64,000 nucleotides of DNA from an uncultured Acidobacteriota bacterium (GCA_963804795.1 CAWDRS010000012.1:207322-271321); one strand, 5' to 3'; positions 19,087 through 29,382 are shown, counted from the first letter of the stretch. Made by a program: numbers and translations. Notes: generated by a model not told the origin, from the sequence alone.

Positions 19087-20001
19087 ATGGCTGGTCCTGT
19101 TCTCCTTCGGGTTCGGCGAGGCGCGGCGCGCGCGCGGCATCTCTCCGAGCCGAGCTGGCTGCGCTGGCTCCTCACGGGGATCGTTCTTGCCTTCCTCTTG
19201 ATCTTTCTCGTGCTTCCGCTCGCTGTGGTGTTCACCGAGGCATTCTCGAACGGGTGGGGCGCCTACACCGCGGCAATCGTTCATCCCGATGCGCTGGCGG
19301 CGCTCAAATTGACGCTGCTCGCCGCCGGCATCGCAGTCCCCGCAAACCTCCTCTTCGGTGTCTGCGCGGGGTGGGCCATTGCCAAGTTCGACTTCCCCGG
19401 CAAGAACCTGCTCACCACACTCATCGACCTCCCGTTTGCAGTGTCGCCCGTGATCTCCGGGATGGTGTTCGTCCTGCTCTTCGGGCGGCAGGGCCTTCTC
19501 GGCCCGTGGGCCGCCGACCACGGCCTCAGGGTCGTCTTCGCAGTCCCCGGTATCGTCCTGGCAACCATCTTCGTCTCGTTTCCGTTCGTCGCGCGGGAGA
19601 TCATTCCCGTCATGGAAGCGACAGGAACCGAGGAAGAAGAGGCGGCACGGGTGCTGGGCGCAAGCGGCTTGCAGATTTTCCTGCGCGTGACGCTGCCGAA
19701 CATCAAGTGGGGGTTGCTCTACGGCGTCATCCTCTGCAACGCTCGTGCGATGGGCGAGTTCGGAGCGGTCTCCGTCGTTTCCGGGAAGATTCGAGGCCTG
19801 ACCAACACGCTGCCGCTCCACGTGGAGATTCTCTACAACGAGTACGCCTTCCAGGCCGCATTTGCGGTGTCGTCGCTGCTCGCGTCGCTGGCGCTCGTGA
19901 CGCTCGTGTTGAAGACGATTGTCGAGCGGCGGGTCGTGCACAGCGTCGTGGAGTCCGCGCGCGAGGAGCTCGAAGAATGGCGATCGACGTCCGTCACGTA
20001 A
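19087..20001 (+). CDS. cysW: Sulfate ABC transporter permease CysW
   Basis: 304 aa. [62 protein letters not shown]. Confidence 0.9.
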   Translation: MAGPVLLRVRRGAARARHLSEPSWLRWLLTGIVLAFLLIFLVLPLAVVFTEAFSNGWGAYTAAIVHPDALAALKLTLLAAGIAVPANLLFGVCAGWAIAKFDFPGKNLLTTLIDLPFAVSPVISGMVFVLLFGRQGLLGPWAADHGLRVVFAVPGIVLATIFVSFPFVAREIIPVMEATGTEEEEAARVLGASGLQIFLRVTLPNIKWGLLYGVILCNARAMGEFGAVSVVSGKIRGLTNTLPLHVEILYNEYAFQAAFAVSSLLASLALVTLVLKTIVERRVVHSVVESAREELEEWRSTSVT

Positions 20002-20996
20002 CGAAAGCGTACGGCAGCTTCACCGCCGTGAAGGACGTGAGCTTCTCGGTTGCCGATGGCGAGCTCGTCGCGCTCCTCGGACCGTCGGGCTGCGGCAAGA
20101 CGACACTCCTCCGCATCATCGCGGGGCTCGAGACCGCAGATGCCGGCACGGTGCTGCTCCAGGGGGAGGATGCGACCGATACGAGCGCGCGGGATCGCGC
20201 AGTCGGATTCGTCTTCCAGCACTACGCGCTCTTTCGCCACATGACCGTCTTCGAGAACGTCGCGTTCGGACTGAGGGTCAGGCACCGGAACCGGCGACCG
20301 TCGGATGCGGAGATCTCCAGGAAGGTGGAAGACCTGCTCAAGCTCGTGCAGCTCGATTACCTGGGCACGCGATATCCGACCCAACTCTCGGGAGGTCAGC
20401 GCCAGCGCGTCGCGCTCGCACGAGCCCTGGCGGTCGAGCCGCGCGTGCTCCTCCTCGATGAGCCATTCGGCGCGCTCGATGCGAAGGTCCGCCAGGAGCT
20501 CCGGCGGTGGCTTCGCCGACTGCACGAGGAGATCCACCTGACCAGCCTCTTCGTCACGCACGATCAGGAAGAAGCGCTGGAGCTCGCCGGCCGGGTCGTC
20601 ATCATGGATCACGGCCAAATCGAGCAGCAGGGAAGTCCGCAGGAAGTGTTCGAACGTCCCGCGACGCCGTTCGTGATGAACTTCCTCGGCCACGTGAACA
20701 TCTTCCACGGTCGCGTGGAATCCGGGAAGGCGCTGCTCGGACCGCTGGCCATCGACTACCCGGCCCACACGGATCCCACGCCGCAACCGGCTGCCGGGTA
20801 CGCCCGGCCGTACAAGCTCGATCTGAGCCGCGCGCAGCTCTCAGGAGGGCTCTGGGCGACTGTGGGGGCCGTGACGCAGGCGGGCAGCGTGGCGCGAATC
20901 GAGCTCTCCGATGACGAAGGACGTGCGATTCAGGTCGAGTTGAGCCGGGAGCGGTTCCTCGAGCTCACGCCGGCCGTGGGGAGCGTTTCTACGTGA
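19977..20996 (+). CDS. cysA: Sulfate ABC transporter ATP-binding protein CysA
   Basis: ATG 19977 is in-frame within the long ORF 18321..20996. Walker [10 protein letters not shown], signature [15 protein letters not shown], Walker [12 protein letters not shown]. Overlaps cysW by 25 nt. Confidence 0.9.
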   Translation: MAIDVRHVTKAYGSFTAVKDVSFSVADGELVALLGPSGCGKTTLLRIIAGLETADAGTVLLQGEDATDTSARDRAVGFVFQHYALFRHMTVFENVAFGLRVRHRNRRPSDAEISRKVEDLLKLVQLDYLGTRYPTQLSGGQRQRVALARALAVEPRVLLLDEPFGALDAKVRQELRRWLRRLHEEIHLTSLFVTHDQEEALELAGRVVIMDHGQIEQQGSPQEVFERPATPFVMNFLGHVNIFHGRVESGKALLGPLAIDYPAHTDPTPQPAAGYARPYKLDLSRAQLSGGLWATVGAVTQAGSVARIELSDDEGRAIQVELSRERFLELTPAVGSVST

Positions 20997-21028
20997 CGCC
21001 CCGAAACGTGCGAGTGTTCCTGACGAAT

Positions 21029-21056
21029 GGGAGATAGGAGCTAGGAGATAAGAGGC
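21029..21056. repeat. Tandem heptamers GGGAGAT-AGGAGCT-AGGAGAT-AAGAGGC
   Basis: Seen directly. Overlaps the 3' end of the LDH/MDH stub. Confidence 0.6.
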
Positions 21057-21247
21057 GCGCTTCGAACGGTGGCGGTCGGATAGAAGGGCACGCCGTCCGC
21101 CAGATCCATCGCCTCGCCTTCGGCGACTGCGGCGCGGAGGTCGTGGAGGAGCAGCTCCTGCGCGATCCCAGAGTGGAGCGTCGAGATCGCGACGCTCGCA
21201 CCGACGGCGCCCGTCCCGATGATCCCTACCCGAACCGGCCGTGGCAT
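21041..21247 (-). pseudogene. N-terminal stub (68 codons) of an L-lactate/malate dehydrogenase
   Basis: VRVGIIGTGAVGASVAISTLHSGIAQELLLHDLRAAVAEGEAMDLADGVPF is the Rossmann N-terminus of LDH/MDH (normally ~310 aa). Reading runs into the heptamer array and stops. Confidence 0.6.
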
Positions 21248-21322
21248 CGCCTCGCGCCTCCGTTAATCCTCCACCGATGCGAGGCCCGGCACATGCCCGG
21301 ATTGGCGGCCCGCGGCTCGTGA

Positions 21323-22297
21323 TCAGTCCGCAAGCGTCGGCTTGACCGCCGGGGATGGAAGGCTCAGCGAGGGCAGCGCCGCGACTATCGCCTGGCGCTG
21401 CGGCTCGAGCCACGGCGGGAGCACCAGCGCCTCGCCGAGGTGATCCGGATCCTCATCGACGGCGAACCCTGGGCCTTCGGTGGCGAGCTCGAAAAGCACG
21501 CCCCCGGGCTCGAGGAAGTAGACGGACTTGAACCAGAAACAATCGATCATCGGCGTCGGCCGGCGACCGGCATCGTCGACCCCGGCGCGGAGAGCGTTCT
21601 GGTGCGCCTCGTCTTCGACGCGCCAGGCAATGTGGTGGATGCTGCCGACACCCCATGCGCCCCGGCGCGCTTGCGGCGCTTCCTGCAGGTCGACGTAGGA
21701 GCCCGACGTGCCGTCTCCGACGCCGTACCGATGCCATCCACGTTCGGAGCGCAGGAGCGAGAAGCCGAGGACGCTCGTCAGAAACAGTGTCGTCGGGCCC
21801 AGCTCCCGCTCCAGCATGCGCGCACCCTCCAGCCCTCGGATTTGCTGCCCGACTGGAATTGGGCTGCCGTCCCACGGCTCGAACGGCCGTCGCATCGCAG
21901 ATTCGCTTTCCACCAGCGCCAGCCGCAGGCCGTGCGTATCGGCGAGCGGCAGCACGCGTTCGCCGAATCGCGATTCGACCGGGTCAGCGGTGACGCCATA
22001 GCTCTCCAGCCGCTGCCCCCAGAAATCGAGGGTGCCCGGCGGCACGGCGAGCGAGACCTCGGTGCTCAAGCCGTGGCCCTGGCGGGGAGGCGCGAGATGC
22101 GCCCATGGAAAGAACGTGAGGTCGGTGCCCGGGTGGCCGACCGCGTCGGCGTAGAAGAGATGGTACGTCCCGGGATCGTCCTGGTTGACGCTCTTCTTCA
22201 CCAGCCGCATGCCCAGGATGCCCGCATAGAAGTCGAGGTTCTCCTGCGCAGGACCTGCGATTGCAGTGATGTGATGAAGCCCTCTGACGCCTTCCAT
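21323..22297 (-). CDS. Ring-cleaving dioxygenase, VOC/glyoxalase superfamily
   Basis: ATG 22297 preceded by GAGGAGG. MEGVRGLHHITAIAGPAQENLDFYAGILGMRLVKKSVNQDDPGTYHLFYAD...; second VOC repeat IHHIAWRVEDE. Confidence 0.8.
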   Translation of the reverse strand: MEGVRGLHHITAIAGPAQENLDFYAGILGMRLVKKSVNQDDPGTYHLFYADAVGHPGTDLTFFPWAHLAPPRQGHGLSTEVSLAVPPGTLDFWGQRLESYGVTADPVESRFGERVLPLADTHGLRLALVESESAMRRPFEPWDGSPIPVGQQIRGLEGARMLERELGPTTLFLTSVLGFSLLRSERGWHRYGVGDGTSGSYVDLQEAPQARRGAWGVGSIHHIAWRVEDEAHQNALRAGVDDAGRRPTPMIDCFWFKSVYFLEPGGVLFELATEGPGFAVDEDPDHLGEALVLPPWLEPQRQAIVAALPSLSLPSPAVKPTLAD

Positions 22298-22604
22298 CGC
22301 TAGCCTCCTCGAACCAGGTTCTGCCGCGATCATCGCACGCCGTGGGTCCTCGGAGACGCGGCATTCGAGCACTCGGACCGCCGCGTCGACCGGCGATCGA
22401 TGTCAGCCGTGCAGGCCGTCACGCGACCTCTACGAAGATGCCGAAGCGAAGCTCAACGGTTCGCGTCGCATGATATGCTGACAGAGCGACTTATCTGGAA
22501 ACAGCCGCCCGGTGCTGCAGTCGAGCGAAGTCGCGCGGATTGTCAGCGCGAAACGTCGAGTTCTTCGCGCACGCTCTGGCGAAGAGCTGAAAGGGGACCT
22601 GCCT

Positions 22605-22832
22605 ATGGCGAATCGAACCAAAGTGACCCAACAGAAGCGCGCGCGCGAGCGTGCGAAACAGGAGCGCCAGCAGGAGAAGACCCGACGACGCGAGGAAGCC
22701 AAGAGCCGGAAGACCCCGACCGCCCGGTCCGCCGACGGCGAGGATCCCGACATCGCCGGCATCATCCCCGGCCCGCAGCCCAGCCCGTGGGGAGACGACG
22801 AGCCTCTCACGACGGAACCCGACGACGAGTAA
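22605..22832 (+). CDS. Small charged protein (75 aa), basic N-terminus and acidic C-terminus
   Basis: ATG 22605 preceded by GAAAGGGG. MANRTKVTQQKRARERAKQERQQEKTRRREEAK...DPDIAGIIPGPQPSPWGDDEPLTTEPDDE. No family recognised. Confidence 0.45.
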   Translation: MANRTKVTQQKRARERAKQERQQEKTRRREEAKSRKTPTARSADGEDPDIAGIIPGPQPSPWGDDEPLTTEPDDE

Positions 22833-23439
22833 GCCGTCCGTATCGTTTCTACTCTTCAACCGAGGCAGTTCGCGTCTCAAGCGAGATTGTTCGCGCCTCC
22901 CCGACGTCAGTTCACCTCAGCCGCGGCTCTTCCGGCGTGAGTTGGTGGCGTGCCGTCTGGGCGGCTTGCGTCGAAGACTCAGCGTATTGTGGCGGGGAAG
23001 ATGTTAAGACGTGAGGAACAAGAATCGACGGCGGCGAGTAGACAGCAGGATGCGCCGCGCGGGGGCTGCGTTGCGAGACCGCGACCCGCTTCAGTCCGGA
23101 GGAGACCGAAGATGCACATGAGCAGCCTGCTGCCTACTCTCCGCCGTTCGTAGCCTCGGTGTCGCGTCCGCGACCCCGAAGCCCGACGGTGAGTCGTGCA
23201 GGAGCCTTTAGCAACTTGCGTTCCCGCCGGTGGTCCCCAGCCGCCCCGATTTTCCTAAGCAATTCAATCGTCCTCGACGAACGGGCCATTTCAGAGCGGC
23301 CAACGGCTTGGCCGCCGGCCAAACCGTTGGCTGACTGGAGTTCCGTGATGGCCCCCACAGCAGGTGACTCCGGAGGTGCCACTTCAGATCCGTCGAGCAC
23401 GCACCCTTACGACGGAGCTGGGCGGCTCCGTCGTCGTCC

Positions 23440-23589
23440 TCAGACGGTTCGCCGTCCGCTGACGAGGCCGACCACGAACAGCACGAGCGCGATCACCAAC
23501 AGCACGTAGATGAAGTTCCCCAGGGTGTAGCCGCTTACCAACCCGAGCAACCAGAGCACCAACAGAATCACCGCAATCGTAAACAACAT
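23440..23589 (-). CDS. lmo0937-family small membrane protein (49 aa)
   Basis: ATG 23589 preceded by GGAGGGG. MLFTIAVILLVLWLLGLVSGYTLGNFIYVLLVIALVLFVVGLVSGRR matches the two-TM pattern of that family. Confidence 0.6.
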   Translation of the reverse strand: MLFTIAVILLVLWLLGLVSGYTLGNFIYVLLVIALVLFVVGLVSGRRTV

Positions 23590-23921
23590 CGTTCTGCCCC
23601 TCCTGGAGGACGCAGGACAGCACAAGCCGTGCCGCATGCGGATCCGGCTCAGGCGCTCACCCAAAACGATGGACCAGTTTGAGGTCGCGCGGTGCTCTGG
23701 ATCTCAGCGCCTACCCGGACGCTGCTTCTCAGAGCGACCACATGTGGACGACTGACAGTCCGCGTCCTTGTGCCTCGGGTCCGCGATTCAATCCCTGAAC
23801 ATCCCGCCTTTTTCGTCGGCCGAATCGGAATAGATGGCGGGAACGGCAATCCCGTTCAACCGCAGATAGAAATTCAAACACTCCAGTGACGGTGTAACGG
23901 TCTCGCGAGCTCCATGGTCGC

Positions 23922-24188
23922 TCAGCGCTTCACGAGCTCGACGCGTCGGTTCTTCGCCCGACCTTCTTCGGTGTCGTTCGCAGCAACCGGCGCCAGCAGA
24001 CCGACGCCGGCAGCTTTCAGCCTCTTCGGATCGATCCCATGCTGTCAGGTGAGCGCGGTCACCACCGACATCGCCCGTCGCCTGGACAGGTCCATGTTGT
24101 AGTCGAACCGAACGGGCGTCATATCAGCATGTCCGCAGTGGCGGTTCAAGCTCGACGCCGCTGATGCGATGCTTCGAACGGTTGTCAT
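23922..24188 (-). pseudogene. OmpA-C-like domain fragment with an in-frame TGA
   Basis: Minus-strand reading [87 protein letters not shown]. Carries the OmpA_C hallmarks (GH.D, N..LS.RRA, GRA.NRRVE). TGA at 24045..24047 is in frame. The first part of the domain and any N-terminal domain are missing. Confidence 0.55.
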
Positions 24189-24264
24189 CTTGTTGCGAGG
24201 CGAGCCTTCGCGTAGCATGGCGGGTCATACACAGCCTCAACCGCAACGTGAAGGAGAAGGCGCG

Positions 24265-27200
24265 ATGGCAGGTCGACGATTGAGCAGCGGTACCGCGATC
24301 GGTGTGTGTGCAATGGCCTTGATTGGCTGGGCGACGCCCATCGAGCGTTCGACGCCGGTCCATGCCCAGGCCGCAACGGCAACACAGCCTGCCGCCGCGA
24401 TCGATCCGGCGCTCCTGGCGGGGCTTCGCTGGCGCTCTCTCGGACCCGCGCGCGGCGGGCGGTCGCAAGCCGTCGCAGGAAGCACCAGCCGCCCCCTCGA
24501 GTACCTACTTCGGCGCGACGGGAGGCGGGCTCTGGAAGACGACTGACGGCGGCCAGACGTGGCAGCCCGTGTCCGATCGCTTCTTCAAGTCGTCTTCCGT
24601 GGGAGCGATCGCCGTCGCAGAGTCGAACCCGGACATCGTGTACGTCGGCATGGGGGAGACGGAACTGCGCGGCAACGTGCTCCAGGGTGACGGCATCTAC
24701 AAGTCCACGGACGCCGGAAAAACGTGGACGCACATCGGCCTGGACAAAACCATGACGGTGGCGCGGATTCGCGTGCACCCCTGGAACACCGACGTCGTGT
24801 ACGTGGCGGCTCTGGGCGATCCTTACGGTCCAAATCCCGATCGCGGCATCTTCAAGACCGTCGACGGCGGCAAGACCTGGAAGAAGGTCCTCTTCCGCGA
24901 TGAAAAGACAGGTGCCGTCGATCTCTCGATGGATTCGAAGAACCCGGACGTCTTGTATGCCGGCCTGTGGGAGGTCTTCCGCACGCCTCACTCGCTGTCC
25001 AGCGGCGGTCCGGGCAGCGGCCTCTTCAAGACGACCGACGGCGGCCAGACGTGGACGGAAATCACGAAGAACGCCGGTCTGCCCAAACCGATCTGGGGCA
25101 AGCTGGGTGTGTCCGTGTCGGCCGCCGATCCGAATCGCGTCTACGCGATCATCGAGGCGGCAGATGGCGGCGTCTTCCTCTCGGACGATGCCGGGGCGAC
25201 GTGGAAGATGGTCAACGAAGATCGCCGGCTCCGGCAGCGCGCGTTCTACTACACGCGGATTTACGCCGATCCGCAGGTCAAGGACACGGTGTACATCCTC
25301 AACACCGGCATCTACCGTTCGACGGATGCCGGCAAATCCATTCGCGGTATTCGCGTACCCCACGGCGACAATCACGATCTGTGGATCGCTGCCAATGACG
25401 CGAAACGCCTGATCAACAGCAACGACGGCGGCGCAAACGTGTCCATGAACGCCGGCGAATCCTGGACGGACCAGGACTTTCCGACGGCACAGTTCTACAA
25501 CGTCTTCACGACGGCGCACGTGCCGTATCACGTCTGCGGCGCTCAGCAGGACAACAGCACGGCCTGCGTTCCAAGCACCGGCGGCGACTTGTACGCAGTT
25601 GGTGGCGGAGAGAGCGGCTACATTGCGCCAGACCCGCAGGACACGGACGTGTTCTACGCCGGCAGTTATGGCGGCCTGCTGACGCGGACGAACCTCCGCA
25701 CAGGCGAGAGGCGCGCGATCAATGTCTGGCCCGACAATCCGATGGGCTTCTCTTCCGGAGACATCACCGAGCGGTTTCAATGGACCTACCCGATCGTCAT
25801 CGCGCCCACGAACCCCGACGTTCTGTACGTGACCTCCCAGCACGTCTGGAAATCGATCAACGACGGTCAGAGCTGGCAGCGCATCAGCCCGGACCTCACG
25901 CGTCACGATCCGTCCACACTCGGACCGTCGGGCGGCCCGATTACACTCGATCAGACAGGTGTCGAGACCTACGCCACGATCTTCACGCTTGCACCGTCGG
26001 CCATCGACGGCAACGTGCTGTGGGCGGGCTCTGACGACGGCCTGGTGCACGTGACCCGCGACGGCGGAAAGAGCTGGCAGAACGTCACGCCGCCGGACCT
26101 TCCGGCCTTTACGCGCATCAGTCTGATCGAAGCCTCCCCCCACAACGCCGGGTCCGCGTACCTGGCAGGCAATCGCTATCAGAAAAGCGACCGCGCTCCC
26201 TACGTGTACAGGACGAAAGACTATGGGAAGACCTGGGCCAAGATCACCAGTGGCCTGACCGGAGAGAACATCGCGCGCGCCATTCGCGAGGACAAGAAGC
26301 GGACGGGCCTCCTGTTCCTCGGCACCGACACCGGTGTCTACGTCTCGTTCGATGACGGCGCCATGTGGCAGTCGTTGCAGCTGGATCTGCCCGTGACGCC
26401 CGTGCACGGCATCGAGGTCAAGAACGATGACGTGCTGATCGGCACGCATGGCCGGTCGTTCTATTCGCTGGACAACATCGGCGTGCTCCGTCAGATTTCC
26501 AGAGAGACCACCAACGAGCCGGTCGTGCTGTTCCATCCATCGGATGCGACGCGATCGATCTCGCGGGGAGTGGCCATCGACTACTACCTGAAGCAGCCAG
26601 CCGACAAGGTCGTGGTGGAGATCCTGGATCCACAGGGCAAGTCGATCACGACCTTCACGGGGCCGCCCGCGGCCGAGGGGACCGGCAGGGAAGGTGGCCG
26701 AGGCGCAGCGCCGGCAGAAGGCCCGGCCGAACCCAGCGAAGAGGGCGGCGGTGGCCGTGGCGGACCGCCCGCGCGCGTCACGGCCAAGCAGGGGATGAAC
26801 AGGTTCACCTGGGACATGCGGTACCCGAGCGCCCGCGACTTTCCCGGCCTGATCATGTGGGCCGGCAGCACGCGTGGGCCACAGGCGCCGCCAGGAGAAT
26901 ACCAGGCGAAGCTCACCGCGGCCGGCGTCACGAAGACCCAGGATTTCACGATCAAGCGCAACGCGGCGGTACCGACGGTCACCGATGCCGACCTGCAGGA
27001 ACAGTTCAAGCTGGCGAAGGCGATCAACGACAAGGTCACGGTCGCGAACGAAGCCGTGCTGCGAATCAGGAACCTGAAGACGCAAATCACCGAGCGAAGC
27101 GGCAAGAGCAGCGACCAGCCGCTGAAGTCCGCCGCACAGACACTGACCGACAAACTTACCGACGTGGAAGGGGAGATCTACCAGTACCGGAATCGGAGCA

Positions 27201-27457
27201 GCCAGGACCCGCTCAACTATCCGATACGCTTGAACAACAAGCTCGCCGCGCTGCAGGGGATCGTCGAGAGCGGGGATTCCAAACCGACCGACCAGTCGCA
27301 CACCGTCTTCAAGGAGTTGTCGTCACGACTCGATCAGCAGCTGGCCAGGCTGGAGGCCCTCGTCAAGAACGAGCTCCCGGCGCTCAACAAACTGCTGACG
27401 GATCAGAAGCTCGAGCCGGTGCAGGATGGCGTGCCGCCGAGGGTCGTCACGCAATAG
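24265..27457 (+). pseudogene. Secreted Asp-box/BNR-repeat (sortilin/VPS10- or GH74-like) protein, +1 frameshift near the N-terminus
   Basis: ATG 24265 preceded by GAAGGAGAAGG. Signal peptide and LRWRSLGPARGGRSQAVAGSTSRPLEY in frame 1, then YFGATGGGLWKTTDGGQTW... in frame 2 (extra C at ~24505). At least 10 Asp-boxes (TDGGQTW, STDAGKTW, TVDGGKTW, SDDAGATW, TRDGGKSW, TKDYGKTW). Restored length ~1063 aa. Confidence 0.8.
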
Positions 27458-27463
27458 CTGATG

Positions 27464-27499
27464 GGAAGCTCTTAAGCTGGAAGCTGGAAGCTGGAAGCT
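27464..27499. repeat. Tandem heptamer array (GGAAGCT) x5, one unit degenerate
   Basis: Fills the 43-bp gap between convergent stops 27457 (+) and 27501 (-). The same unit occurs at 58408..58442. Confidence 0.7.
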
Positions 27500-27500
27500 G

Positions 27501-28346
27501 TCAGCCTTCCCCCCGTTCGAGCGTCACCTCGACGTTCCCGAGCGGCTCTTCAACCACCAGGAAGAGATCGTCCGGGTTCTCGACGCCGGCGCTGAAGAGG
27601 TCTGCCGGGCGATACGGCCGCTCCTGCATCGACAGCGTGATGTCGACGATCTCGGGATAGGACGCCAGCGCGACCTCACCGATGGCATGGAGCGTGTGCT
27701 CGACCGACAGTCGCGCGTGTGCCGCGAAGGTTTCGACGATGACCGTTCGGACACCCTGCCGATAGGGTCCGAACGTCACGTCCGGGTTGCTGTAGGTCCA
27801 GCGCGCGCCGAGCGCGCCGACCAGCAGACGCTGGACACCGTCCTGGACGCCGCTCGTGTCCTCCTGCCGCCCGGGCGCCCGGAGGCCAGCGGAGCGCATG
27901 AGCGCCAGCTGATCGATCCCCGAGACGACGGCAATCTGTCGGCCGTTGCTCGTCACGGCGGTCGTCCGGCGCTCGCCGCCGCCCGCCTCGAACGCCTGGC
28001 CCTGCGCTTTTCCCCCGATCTCGAGCCGCGACCAGAGCTGCTCGGCAATCTCCACGCGGACCTTCGTGATCCGCGGGAAGGATGACAGCAAGCGCTCGCA
28101 GAGCGCCAGACCGAACGGTTCGATCTCGCCGTGGCCGTCGGTGCGCGCGGTCGCGTGGACGAGATTCTTCAGCGCTTCGCCCGGCACGAGCCCGTCGGAC
28201 CGGCCGGCTGTGAAGGACGCGCCGAAATCCCCCTCGAAGCGGCAAGAGACCGTGAGGTCCTTCGGGTCGTGGCGATCGCCGCGCCGCACGACACGCAGCA
28301 TGCGAAGCCGCGATTCTCCATGACTGCTCGCGCTTATCCTCGGCAC
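27501..28346 (-). CDS. Uricase-fold (T-fold) protein, catalytic residues not conserved
   Basis: Gap-free alignment by eye to Arthrobacter uricase: SHGESRLRMLRVVRRGDRHDPKDLTVSCRFEGDFGASFTAG...LKNLVHATAR vs QYGKAEVRLVKVTRNTARHEIQDLNVTSQLRGDFEAAHTAG...QKNTVYAFAR. C-terminus SMQERPY...ENPDDLF vs SLPNKHH...DNPNEVF. Confidence 0.65.
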   Translation of the reverse strand: MPRISASSHGESRLRMLRVVRRGDRHDPKDLTVSCRFEGDFGASFTAGRSDGLVPGEALKNLVHATARTDGHGEIEPFGLALCERLLSSFPRITKVRVEIAEQLWSRLEIGGKAQGQAFEAGGGERRTTAVTSNGRQIAVVSGIDQLALMRSAGLRAPGRQEDTSGVQDGVQRLLVGALGARWTYSNPDVTFGPYRQGVRTVIVETFAAHARLSVEHTLHAIGEVALASYPEIVDITLSMQERPYRPADLFSAGVENPDDLFLVVEEPLGNVEVTLERGEG

Positions 28347-28409
28347 GACCGCACTCTAGCACGGCGGCCCTTGCCGCATGGCTGCCGCTCGATTCATAAT
28401 CTTGGGTTC

Positions 28410-28685
28410 ATGCAGGTCGCACGACGGTATCTGATCAGCGGCCGCGTCCAGGGCGTGGGCTTCCGCGCGTTCACGGAGACGCAGGCGGCCGTCGAGGGGC
28501 TGCATGGCTGGGTGCGCAACCTCGGGGACGGCCGGGTCGAAGTGCTCTTCGAGGGGGACATGGAGGCAGTCGAGCGAGCCGAGGCGAAGCTGCGGCGCGG
28601 ACCGGCCGGCGCACGGATCCAGGACCTGATCGCCGAGGACGTCGCACCGTCCGGCAGGGCCACCGGGTTCAATATTCAGAGCTGA
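28410..28685 (+). CDS. acyP: Acylphosphatase
   Basis: ATG 28410 is in-frame in ORF 28131..28685. ISGRVQGVGFRAFT...GWVRNLGDGRVEVLFEG...GP. 91 aa. Confidence 0.8.
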   Translation: MQVARRYLISGRVQGVGFRAFTETQAAVEGLHGWVRNLGDGRVEVLFEGDMEAVERAEAKLRRGPAGARIQDLIAEDVAPSGRATGFNIQS

Positions 28686-28866
28686 TTCAGCGAGGGCTCC
28701 GCCTCGGACCGTCGAGGCTCCGCCCCGCTAGGCGATAAGCTTGATAACGGCGCGCTGACGCGCGGACGGCCTTGAAAAGGGAACTTCAGTCAACGCTCAT
28801 GATCGAGTGGGTCAAGGCCTCTTGGCGTCGGGCCGCCCGCCCGACACTTTCCGACACTGAGGCTCG

Positions 28867-29382
28867 ATGCAGGCACTCAAAGCAAAGATTCGGCACGTCC
28901 CTGACTTCCCGAAGCCGGGCATTCTCTTCTACGACGTCACCACCCTCTTGAGGGACGCCGAAGGGTTCAAGATGGCGATCGACGCCCTCACCAGTCCCTA
29001 TCACAGCGCGGGTATCGACCTCGTCGTCGGGATCGAAAGCCGCGGGTTCATTCTCGGCGCGGCCGTCGCGGATCGACTCGGTGTAGGGTTCGTGCCGGTG
29101 CGCAAGGTCGGGAAGCTGCCGTCGGTCACCGTGCGCAAGACGTACGACCTGGAGTACGGCACCGACAGCCTCGAGATGCATCGCGACGCGATCGATCAAG
29201 GGCAGCGTGTCCTGATCGTGGACGACCTGCTCGCCACTGGCGGCACGGCGCGCGCGGCGGTCGATCTGGTGAAGGAAGTCGGCGGCAGCGTCGCCGGCGT
29301 CGCGGTCCTCATCGAGCTCCTCGGGCTCAACGGGCGTGCACGACTGGACGGGGAGAACCTGCACGTGGTCCTTGAATACTGA
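28867..29382 (+). CDS. apt: Adenine phosphoribosyltransferase
   Basis: IRHVPDFPKPGILFYDVTTLL...; PRPP motif VLIVDDLLATGGTA. 171 aa. Confidence 0.95.
   Translation: MQALKAKIRHVPDFPKPGILFYDVTTLLRDAEGFKMAIDALTSPYHSAGIDLVVGIESRGFILGAAVADRLGVGFVPVRKVGKLPSVTVRKTYDLEYGTDSLEMHRDAIDQGQRVLIVDDLLATGGTARAAVDLVKEVGGSVAGVAVLIELLGLNGRARLDGENLHVVLEY

Noticed and set aside
22833-23439. tmRNA, RNase P RNA or SRP RNA in the 600-bp ORF-free stretch.
   Set aside because: Several expected features are missing: a tRNA-like 3' end (GGTTCGA.TCC...CCA), an ...ALAA tag frame, the GAGGAAAGTCCGGGC P4 core, and the GGAA-tetraloop SRP domain IV motif. Checked by eye on both strands only.
24045-24047. In-frame TGA in the OmpA-like relic as a selenocysteine codon.
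   Set aside because: No SECIS-like hairpin follows, the position is not a redox site, the gene is also truncated, and no sel genes are in the window.
24185-27301. 1038-aa minus-strand ORF opposite the BNR gene. Similar long antisense ORFs: 18136..19941, 42534..44621, 49559..51625, 58275..60374, 61162..63276, 7464..8909, 6232..7677.
   Set aside because: These are typical GC-rich shadow ORFs. Their composition is Arg/Gly/Asp/His/Pro-rich with no recognisable motif, whereas the opposite strand encodes strongly recognisable conserved proteins.
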